This document shows, piece by piece, positions 41,901 through 53,900 of a DNA stretch of 64,000 nt. The DNA lies in assembly GCF_001194135.2 (NCBI RefSeq), contig NC_068982.1, positions 105,158,774 to 105,222,773 on the forward strand, in the 5' to 3' direction. How positions within the stretch are numbered: the first letter of the stretch is position 1; each line of letters begins with the position of its first letter. The notes beneath the pieces are model-generated. The model was given only the letters and a program-made list of their open reading frames with translations, was not told the DNA's origin and made no database searches. This stretch comes from Octopus bimaculoides. Taxonomy: Eukaryota. Both the position numbers and the translations under genes were made by a program.

Positions 41901-44900
41901 CCATTCTCCAAGAATAAAAGATCTTTATTTATATATCATGAACTAACTTAATTTTTCCTCCAAATGGATTTTAAAAGTCAAATTTTCATTGAAACAATAT
42001 TAGAAAAGTTGTACATATTGATAACAAGATGAAAAAAGGTGGCAAAACAAGACCAGAAGTTAGGTAAAGTAATGTATTGCAAAAAAAAAAAAAATCAAAT
42101 AATGCAAACCTATGGATTCCTGCAAAAAAATACATAAATAAATAATTAAAAAAGGTGAGAAAAGATCCAATGATGCTTTGACTTGACGTAAGGAGATGAA
42201 GTTTTAGCGCGGACAAATCACTAAAAAATGAATGGTACTAAAACTCCAGAAGATCTGATGAAGTTTTGACTCAACAAATTTCTACATGTTCAATTTTAAT
42301 TTATGCAAATAAAAACTATTGATGTTATTTCATATTTTTTTTTATATTGGTTTTTCAACATTAGAAACTTACTTTTGGTTGAAGGGCCAATAGTCTTCTG
42401 CAAGAGTTAGACTAAAAGTTTGCTCACAAAGCAACATTTTAGTTAGCAATCAATAGTGATAAATTGATTTAAAAAACAATTTTCTGAGAGAACTTGATCT
42501 TAACTCTACAAATTACCAAACTACTCACTAAATTCAAGAAAACAATTTAAAATGTTTGAAATATGAAACCCCAACATACATGATTTTGTGTTAAACAGGC
42601 ACGGGAGTGGCTGTGTGGTAAGTAGCTTGCTTACCAACCACATGGTTCCGGGTTCAGTCCCACTGTGTGGCACCTTGGGCAAGTGTCTTCTACTTTCGCC
42701 TCAGGCCGGCCAAAGCCTTGTGAGTGGATTTGGTAGACGGAAACTGAAAGAAGCCCGTCGTATATATGTATATATATATATATGTNNNNNNNNNNGTGTG
42801 TGTGTGTGTGTGTGTGTGTTTGTGTGCCTGTGTTTGTCCCCCTAGCATTGCTTGACAACCGATGCTGGTGTGTTTACGTCCCCGTAATCTAGCGGTTCGG
42901 CAAAAGAGACCGATAGAATAAGTACTAGGCTTCCAAAGAATAAGTCCTGGGGTCGATTTGCTTGACTAAAGGCGGTGCTCCAGCATGGCCGCAGTCAAAT
43001 GACTGAAACAAGTAAAAGAGTAAAGAGTAAACAATCCACTTATCTCAGTTCAATTTCTGGTTGTCTTCAGTGCCTCTGTTCTTATATAGATAGATTTGTC
43101 AAAACCTTCATGTAAAAGGCAAGGTTTCAAAGTTCTTAACCACTGAGCCACCATCCTGCACAGTGAGAGCTAGCCAGTTTTTGAGGTTTATAAAATCACA
43201 TTAATGATAGCAGCCATATTGTGCATCAATGTTAAATTTACTGATTTGGTTTTCAGTTAATGCTATACTAACAGCATCTTTTCATCTTATGAATTTTTAA
43301 TGTGGTTCTTTGCATATGATGGAAACTTCTACTTAAATTCAAATTAATTTGAAACTCCAAAATCAAGTTAATTGAATTTTTCCTTTACAGTTAAGTGGAA
43401 CTACTATTTTTAGCACTTTACCCAAGAATTTATTTTTTCTCTCTTTATTATATATTATGTAACTGAATATTTGGGACAGTTGATGTTTAATCTTTTGTCC
43501 AAAGTCTACTGATTCTTGTCTGTCTGCATATCCATTAGCTAAGTAAATAGGGATAAGGAATGTTTAATGTCAAGTCCGAAGACTTATTTCTCACTTTCTA
43601 TTCTCTGCTGCTAGGTATGTGTGGCAAAGAGATTTTAAATGTTTACTGCATTTCAGTGCAGTATAGCACCAGTTATGAAATTATGAATTCCCAGAGTCAT
43701 TAGTCTTATTCATTTAATCACAGCACTTTTGCATATGGGTTCTTTTTTTTTTTCTTTGGTATTAATGATCCTGGAGATAGTGAAATAGTGTCCAATGCAT
43801 TTCCAGGCCCTCCTTGACTAAACACAAACAAAAACAAACAAAAACAAACAAACAAAACAAAACAAAAAAAGAAATAGAAGCAAAACTTCAAAAATAATTT
43901 TGATAATAAAGTACTGACCTGTCAGGTTCTGTGAGAGATCCACCATCATAGAGGTTCGTGCCATTTCTTGAGTAACTCCATTCTTCTTCTTCAGCCGCAA
44001 TAAAATATTCTACAATCTTAGAATCGGTGCTAATGTTATTGGTCTTCTTACAGAACAATACTTCCATCATGGTTTCCATGCCACCTAAAATACAATATTT
44101 ATTTTCATCAATTAAAATGTTAAGATCTTAGTCTATAATTTTCTAGTTTCAAACCCAATAATTTACTGGATTAAAAAAACAAAACAACAGGAAGAAAACA
44201 TATATTTATAAAAAAAATAAATAAATAAATAAATAAAAGACAACTATATAATAGATCCCATACAGTGAAATCTAAGAAGTGGAGTGTGTGTGTGAGAGTG
44301 GAGAGCTTCTGCAAGAACCAACAGGGGGCTCCTTTGTTGGCTAAGTTCACTATGCAAGGGAGAGAGAAAGAGCTACAAGAAATCACAGTGTTGTGCTCTC
44401 TTGAATAAACTCATGCAGGTGAGGTCTTCATTGGTTTTGCTCTAAACCAATGAATTTGAAGGTATCACCTACTGCGATTAGGCAAGAATTAAAAGATACA
44501 ATAAAAATAGAAGATATTTACCCACATAATGGTCATGTACATGACATTTGACTAGCCATGATCCTTCATCATTGATATGCATTGTTGCAACACTGAATTC
44601 AGCTGGGTACAAGTTAATGGAGTCTTTCCTTTGTACAGTAAAATAAAATGTTTTCTCAGCATAAAAATTTAACAATATTTAGAAATTAATTTGTTTTCAG
44701 AAAGAAAGAAGCATGAATTTGAAGGAATAAAAAAAATGGAATAAAATGAAAATTAAATGACTGCTTCTTAAGTAAACAGCTATCAATTATTTTAATTTTA
44801 AACATATTTTCTCCAGACATTATGTACAGCAAATTGAGACAGGAGAAAAGCAGAAGACTTGATTTTTGGACTTGAAACTAAGATATATCACTGAATGGAC

Positions 44901-47900
44901 AATTTAGTTACCACTAACACAACATAGCATCTGTCATTCCATGTATGAAATGTTTCTGCTTTTTAACTGTAATAATTTGTCTGCAAAAGATAATTGCTCA
45001 TCAGTCACTTAACACTAGCAGTAGAGACTATTCTGTGAATGTCCAACATAGTGAGGTGTTGTTATACATATGTTTTTTATCATTTACTTGTTTTAGTCTT
45101 TGGACTGCAGCCATGCTGGGTCACCACCTTTAAGGGTTTAGAGGGAAAATTAAACCCAGTATTTTTTAAAGCCTGATACTTATTCTATCACTTTCTTTTA
45201 CTGAACCACTAAGTTACAGGGACATAAGCAAACCAACACTGACTGTCATGTATGTATGTATGTATGTATGTACGTTCGTATGTATGTATGTATGTATGTA
45301 TGTATGTATGTATGTATTTGTGTGTGTATGTGTGTGTGTGTGCATGCATGTGTGTGTGTATGCATGCATATGTATGTATGTATGTTTGATGTGCATCCAC
45401 AAATCTCCCATCTGTCAGACCCACTCACAAGACATTAGTTGGCCCAGAACTATAGTAGAAGATAATTGCCCAAGGTGCCATGCAGTGAGACTGATCCTAA
45501 AGCCAAATGTTTGCAAAGTGAGCTTCTAAATCACACAACCATATTAGCAGTAAATTCATGTTTTCTTCACACCTGCAGATGTTAGTGCCAACCTGGAGGT
45601 AAGTAATGAGACTATGAGACTCCAATAGCTAGAACTTAATGCATTCCTCTCATTGAGAAAGCTAGAATTTACTCAGGAAATGGTTTGTGATCAAAATTGA
45701 ATCTGCCTCCCAGTTTTTGATGTTACATCTAAAGTGGAGGAAGACTTATAGCTAAGTGAATCAGTGCTGTTGAGATAAATTCAGACACTATAGCTGAAAT
45801 CTTTCTAGGATGAGCCAATGCAGGTCTCTACATGGGCACAAGACCTGCTAGAAGTAGCAGCCAGATAATTGTTTCTAATTTAGACATGAGGCCAGTACTT
45901 TTGAAAAGAGGTCAGTTGACACCATTGACCACAGTATTTGACTAGTACTTTATTTTATTGACCTCAGATAGATAAAAGTTAACCTTGGTGGAATTTGAAA
46001 CCAGAATATAAAGTGCTATACAAATACCACAAGGAACTTTTTCTGATGCTCTAATGACTCTGCCAACACAAAGCATTTAGTTTGGCACCATACTATTTCA
46101 GTACTTTTTGTAATAATAATTTGTAATATAGGGACAAAACTACAAAATGTAGTGGGAGAGGGATTAGTGAAATTGATCCCAGTAGTTGAACGGTACTCTA
46201 TTTTACTGATCTTAGATAAATACAGGCAAAGTTGAACTCAGTCGCACAGATGAAGCAAACGAAACATGGCTTTCGTTTGACATTTTTATGATTCAACTAA
46301 TCCAAATAAATATTCCTTAAATAGGCATGAAATATGAAATATTTGGAGAAGGGAAATCAGAGAAGAAAAAAGTTATCATATTCTCCAAGAGTATTAGCCA
46401 TATAAGCGTAATAAAATAGCACTTACAAGTAATGACATCATGGTCATATCTTCCTGGGAGTTTAACACAACTCTATGGTGTTCATTTAAAATGTTAGCTT
46501 CTCATAAGTGTGAGTACATTTCAGTAACAATATTAGACCAGTGAAGGTGGAGCTCTCCTGCCCTGTAAAGCAATTCAGAAGGCCATTCCAATGCAAAAAC
46601 CTACAACTTGATGGTCACCACAGCTGACTTAGTCCACTGAGTCACTGCACTAGACCTCCAAGTCTAAAGACTAGGATGAGATTGTGTGGGCTGATTCTCA
46701 CTTCAAAACTATTCAGCACAAGCAGAAAGAAAAACTCAGAAGCATCATCATCTCATCTCATCTAGGTCGTCCCATAGGACACCCCCATAGGGGTTTCAGT
46801 TGCATATACTATAGGTGTCACAGGGCGCTGCTCCATGTGGTCCTGCAGTTTCCATCTAACAAGGAATATTAGGGTTTCATCCATTGTCTTGTATTCAAGA
46901 TCCTCTGCATGACATTCTACTAGTTCAAAGCCAGGAATCTGATCTGTTAGGTTCTGCAGATAACTAAATCCACGCCCTGCTGCCGACGCTTCGATTTATT
47001 GTCGCTAAGGTTTTGTCTGTCTCCTACCCTTTGACCTGTCTGGCCTGGTAAAACCTGCTTGAAGATTTCTCTCCCTCCAGCATAGCTCTTCGGGAGCATA
47101 CAGGCACTTCACTGCGACAAGGTACTTGTTGAATTGGCTGTTGACTACACAGTAATTCTTCTGCCCTTTAACAGGGATTTTTTTTTTCATCTCACAGGGT
47201 GTCCAACATTGACCCTCCTCACCAAGCAAGCTTGATGGGGTTGCCAGTTTAGTCGCCGACGACCCGACCATGCGACAGGTTGTAACCCAGAAGCATGCCA
47301 CTTTTTACTGATTATATTTNNNNNNNNNNNNNNNNNNNNNNNNNNNNNNNNNNNNNNNNNNNNNNNNNNNNNNNNNNNNNNNNNNNNNNNNNNNNNNNNN
47401 NNNNNNNNNNNNNNNNNNNNNNNNNNNNNNNNNNNNNNNNNNNNNNNNNNNNNNNNNNNNNNNNNNNNNNNNNNNNNNNNNNNNNNNNNNNNNNNNNNNN
47501 NNNNNNNNNNNNNNNNNNNNNNNNNNNNNNNNNNNNNNNNNNNNNNNNNNNNNNNNNNNNNNNNNNNNNNNNNNNNNNNNNNNNNNNNNNNNNNNNNNNN
47601 NNNNNNNNNNNNNNNNNNNNNNNNNNNNNNNNNNNNNNNNNNNNNNNNNNNNNNNNNNNNNNNNNNNNNNNNNNNNNNNNNNNNNNNNNNNNNNNNNNNN
47701 NNNNNNNNNNNNNNNNNNNNAAAATATGAGTCCAGATGAATTATAAACACCAATTGACAAAGTATGCTATCAGTTCTATTGAAATCTATGTTCAAAGGAT
47801 TGCTCTCAAGTTTCTGACATATAGCATCAATAGAGAGCTGAAAAGGTTTTGAAAAAAAAAATATAAACAAAACTATTATACACTTTCAACATTAAAAAAA

Positions 47901-50900
47901 CTTTCAAACTTTGAACACAGCTAAATTGGTTTTATGGTTATCAAAAAAAAAAAAAAAGTGTTTATAACTGACATTACCAAAGGACAAATATAGAATTTAT
48001 TAGTATTATAATTCAAAGAATAAATCTTTGAATTTGCAGATGCCATAATCCTGTTATTGTGCTTAAAGAATTCTAGAAAATCGATGACAAGTCAAAATTT
48101 AAGTAAAAGATCTCAAGAATCTGGAAAAAAGAATATATGTGTTGACAGTTATTAAGTAATAAATAGTAGACAGAGGTAAATGATGATGATAATGGTAATG
48201 AGGTGAATAAAAGAAAAGAGCTTAGAGGTGGGTGATGAATGAATATCTCTGAATTGCTTCTTAGTAATCTTGAAATTGGAGTGGTATCTATTATCACCTA
48301 TTTTAGTTAGCTAGTATTTAGAATGAAGAATTTTATCTGTCAAGCAATAACTACATTGCTAAATGATCAGTTTGAAATCAGAACTTTTGAGAGAAAAGTA
48401 GCTCAATTCTTTATGCACCTCATTGATTGTCAGGTGAAACTGAGAACAGTAAGAAAGAAAATGGTTTTACCTGTGATGATTATATTCAAAGGAATGACCA
48501 TTTACATTAAGCGTATGTATGTCCACTTCATTTCCCATTCCCATCAAATACCAAGTGACTTTGTCAGCAATACAAGCTTTCAAATTCAAGTTGCCATACA
48601 TAAGGCCGTTTAGGGCATGCATTTTGTTGCTCTCCTGGAAATCTTCATCTTCTTGATCAACCTTATCAGTTAAAAAATTCTGAATGTTTTCTTCAAGGTA
48701 CCAGCTTAAATTCTCATCCATAACTTTCATCAACAAATGCTGGGTGTTTTCAGGATTGTATGTTTTATCTGCATAGTAAGGTAAAAATAAAGCTGTGGTT
48801 AAGGTGTTACTGTTTTAAAGAGTAATTGAAGAGCATAATTGTTAAGAACTTAGGGAATTAGCATGTTTTTTTGTTTTTTTTTAAATCCAATGTGAGTTTG
48901 GTATAAATAATCAGAAGCTACTGGCTACTGCTGGCAAAGTTATTTGATGGAAGTTGTAAGTCAAAAGCAATTAAGAGAAGTAGATAATTGTAAGAAAAAG
49001 AGAGGTGGGGTGGGTGTAATCATAAGTATACTCCGTATGAACAATGGCTATAGCAGATTTGGATAAATATAGAATTTATTAGTATTATAATTCAAAGACT
49101 AAATCTTTGAATTCGCAGATGCCATAATCCTGTTAATTTTCTTGAGGCATTGTTAACTACAGTCATGTATTATAATTTCAAAACAGATTTTGTTTGACAA
49201 GACCCAATGGGGCCAAGGACTGTATCATGCTTCATTGTTTACTTTAGCAGACATGAGATTTCAATTGCCTCAAATAACAAGAATAGAGAAAAGGTGTATA
49301 GAGGTAATAAATAATAGACAGAGTGAAATGATGATGATAGTGATAAGGTGAATAAAGGAAAAGAGCTAGCTTAGAGGTGGGTGATGAATGGATACAGTAA
49401 ATAGAATATAAGTCAAATGAGTGGATACAGTAAATAAGTCAAATGCACTGATTTACATTTTGAAAATATTGACTTTATACAGTGTACATTAGATAAGTTA
49501 GCATAGCAGAGATTATCCTTCTTCAAGAAATATTTATGGCAGAATTTTAATTCAGTATTGTAAGCTAAAGAAACACCAATTATATCAGTCATAGTTCTGC
49601 TACTCACAGTAGTGAACTATGTATATTCATGGTGCCTTGTAACTAGGTGGACTAGGCTATTTTTGAGTTATGTGCTTTGCCCATGGACATGGTGCAGCAC
49701 TGATGGTAGGCTAAAAATTGTGGTATGTTTAAATCAGGCATGGGCAAGAAGTAGGCAGCATGTGACAGCTCATCATTAGGTGGGTATGCCATTCAGAAAG
49801 TTCTGTGGGCTGCAGTTTGCATAATGGTGTTAGCTTAGTGGTAGAGTTAGTGTGTTTGTCAGTAGCCAGAGTAATGATGCTAAAATCCAGAGTTGAGTTG
49901 AAAGAAGAAAATAGTAACTTTCAGGAATATGTAGATGAACATAAGCAATAGTGGTTAAAGTAGAGATAAGATATAAAATATAGAAGAGGTTAGGAAATGT
50001 CTCAAGAGAATTGCTAATTTCTTCTTTGAGTCATAAAGATTTCTTGATTTCTAGTACCATTAGGAGGTCAGGTCGAATGTGAGAGCATATGCCATTGAAG
50101 TGTGTTCCTGCACTCACCATTTGTCAGTATATTCCCAAGCCCTCCCAGGTGACCTGTTGAGAAGAGTTCCAATTAGTCTCCATCTCCATGAGATACTTCC
50201 TCATCTGCTGTGACTATGTGCATATGGTCGACCAACACAAGCCATCAATCCAACTAAGTCCTCAGTGAAAAGGATACAATATGCAGGGTTTAACTTGAAA
50301 AATGAAGCAACATAGCCACACAGTTTGAGTTAGCACTCCCAAATCATACAAGTAACAGGATGCATCCCAGTTTCTGTGTAGAGTCGTTAGTTGCATAAAA
50401 AATCTGACCAATGGCAACCCATAATCCTGTGAAGTGTCCTGACATCAAACGAGTTCATGTGGTTCCTAAGGGCCCTGGACAGTGTCCAAGTCTCACAACT
50501 ATAGAGCAGGAAAGGGAGGATCAGAGACCACAACTGCAATGATTATAGGGCCGTTACACTGCTCTCAGTGCCTGGTAAAGTCTTTGCCAAGGTCATCCTG
50601 AACAGATTGTCAAACCATCTGCTTGTGTCTCCGTGGCCAGAGCTGTCACAGTTCATGTCACAGAAGTCAAACTATTAACAGGATGCTGGCTTTTTGTGTA
50701 ACATAAAGGGATGAAAGATAATTTGCTGTTCTCTGATTAATCACAGTTAGCTTTTCCTGTGATGAGTATTGAACTTGGCAATGCAAATGAAATATTTACC
50801 AGTTTTTAATATGCTTTTACTAGAAACAACAGTAAATTATACCACCTGTAGTATCTTCTAAGAAGACACCTGAGCCAAGTGTCTTCACCATAGATACAAC

Positions 50901-53900
50901 ACACCACAATGACAGGATACAAACTAAAATCTTCTTAGATTTGTTGTCAACTGGACATCAACTCAGTTAATTATTTTCTTTAACCAAAAAGAATTATAAA
51001 CAACTGTAAACAGGATACTTTGCACAACTGCCTTACTTGGGATAGTATTAAATGCTGTACACCCTATTGATGATATCAGTATTGGTAATAATGGAATCAT
51101 TGGATGTACAACCATTAGTGGTGGTGATGATGGTGGAGGTGGTAGAGGTAGTGGTAGTGGAGTTAGTAGCAGTGTGGCCAGCAATGGGTGGAGCATGTAG
51201 GGAGTGGGAATTAATGGTGATAAAACCATTGCCTGGGTGGCTAGTGGAGGTGGTAAAGATGATGAATCTAGTGATAATGAAATCATTGATGGTGATAGAA
51301 ACATGAGTGGGTGGAGCCATTTATTATAGAACTATTAATGGTAGTTTCTACTTGATAATACAACAAAGTATTATGATTGTTGTAGTTTTTGTTAATCCTA
51401 AAAGTGGACCTGACTGAACACATTTATAGTCAAAGGCATTCCAACCATGACTCTCTTAACTTCTTTTTTTTCTTGGTGTAGCATCTCATTGCTCAAGATA
51501 TGGTATAGCAATGGTGATATGATATCATGTAGTGACATTCCTCTTTCTTTCACCAAGTTAATATCCTAATGACTCAGCCAATTAGAATCTCATTAAAAAT
51601 AATTTTACCAATTAAACAAATGTTTGTTAATAAGTGATAAAAGATGCTGAGATCTTTAAAAATATGTTTTCCATTCTAATCAAACAAAACATACATCATG
51701 TTCTTTACCTTTTTTACAGAGAATCAACATTCCCATCAGGCCAGCATTCATATCCATAACTGGTTCAATGTGAGAGTGATACATCCAAGGGAGACAATCA
51801 GCATCATCTTCAGTTGGGCCATCAAAGGGTTCAATTATCCAAGTATAATTGAAGGCAGTTTTAGGTTGAACCTTATCATCAGCTTTTTTAGCTGATTTTG
51901 TACCATCTCTGTATAATGCTCCTGAAAAAAAAAAAAAACTGATAAAAACATAAAAAAACAATAAAAGTTATTCAAAAAGATGCATGTAGCAACTGGCATG
52001 CAATCAACTCAAGTTTTAGTTGTTTATCCTCATTTATCATTGGTTTATTGAACCAATGAAAGAGCAGTACTGCTCAGCCATCCATTGGTTACATTAAGGA
52101 ACTCAACTCAGAACTCTCTCACTTTCTTCAACAGTTCTCAACCAGAATAATTACCCAAAGGATCTGTAGTGGCGCGTGTGGCCGCCATTGGCCGCCATCT
52201 TGGGAAGTGCCATTGCGCATGTGCAAGGGACTTGCCGTCAGCGGAAGTACCCGAGCACGCATGCGCAATGCAACAGGTGGAGAGAGAGCAATAGCGTTCG
52301 ATCTCTTTTCTCTCAAGCAGCTGTCGTGACAACACGTATCTCTCAACTCGACTCCGACATGTGGTCGAAGCTTCCTTGGTATTCTAGCGGCATGCCTGTT
52401 CACCCAGGAACGAAAAGGCTCTACACCAACCTAGAATAAATTGTTGATCTGCTGTTACCGTTATCCCTCGTGTTGTTGTATTTCTGGATTTAATGATTAA
52501 TATAAGAACTGGGGAGAGATGGCCGAGCCGTCATATCTCATCCAATTCTTATAGATCTATTATTGTCTACTCTTGTTTAGCTAATCTAAGATGTGAAATA
52601 TGAAAAAGACAATGGTTTGTTTTATTTTGATTCTGATAGATTTCTTCACCAAATGTTATCTCAAACCTTGATTCTTATGAATGTTGTAAATGAAAATTGC
52701 TATTTTCCTTTATGTGAATTACTGTCTCATTCAAACTTGTGCTTTTATGAATTTTTGAAAATAAACAGAAACTGTTTAACTACATTAAATTATCAAACTG
52801 TAGAGGTCTACGCTTTGGTAGCAAGCAGGAATTAAAGAGCTTACATTATTTATTGTGTTATCTCTCACATGTATTTTCTCATTGTCATCCAGGTATCATC
52901 TGTTTTGAGCTGTCCTTATATCATCATCATCATCAGCTTCATTTAATGTCCATGTTCTATGCTGGCATAGGTTGGATGGTTTGACAAGATCCAATGGGCC
53001 CAAGGACTGTATCATGCTTCTTTGTTTACTTTAGCATGGTTTCTATGGCTGGAAGCTCTTCCTAATGCCAAACACTTCACAGCATGTACTGGGTGCTTTT
53101 TGCATGTCACCAACACTAGTGAGGTTGCCATGCAGCTTACAAAACAATAGTTTAAGAGATGATGCCACAGCAGAACAGGTTTCTTGATGTAGAGGAGCTA
53201 CATGGCTACTCGTGTTTAAAGAAGAGAGGGTGGGAGTAATTAGGTGGAGATGGAAAGGGATAAAAATAGGGGTGATGAGATATGAGGGTAGACCTTCAAG
53301 GTATGAGGTGGGTAAATTTGTGTGGAGTAGAGGGAACAGGAGCATGTGTCGGTTGGTGGGGGCTACAAGAGAGTGTGGGTGAGTGCAGGGGGGAGAGGAG
53401 GGGTGACCCCCACCCCACCCCATAATGAGCAAAGGGGAAGGGAGTTGTAAGAGATGATTGATAGTATGGAGCAGTGGAATAATAATAATGATACAGTAAA
53501 CAGAAAAAGGACAATAAAGAGATGACATGATGTTGGGTAGGTTGCAGGTGAGGATGAGAGATGTACAGAGTGTATATACATATACATCCACGCTATGCTA
53601 CCAGAACTTGATTTCATTGAGGTGAACAGGTCTTCTTCAGAAATGCGTATTGCCACTCATTCTGGTCTTTTGTCATCTCTTCTGTGAAGTTCAAGATTCT
53701 GAGATTAGCTTTTACCATTCTGTTCCATGTATTCTTGGGCTTTCCTTTTCCACAGGCTCCATCCATGTTAAGTGATCGGCTTTATACAGCTGTTCTCATC
53801 CATGTGAACTAAATGTCCATACCAGTGCAGTCTTCTTTCTTGCACTCTACATCTGATACCTCTTAAGCCTAGATTTTGTCTCAATACATTTATACTATGT

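Noticed and set aside
50963-51320. Pro/Thr-rich ORFs
   Set aside because: Low-complexity (GGT/GAT/AGT)n decay; does not fit the gene's exon chain.
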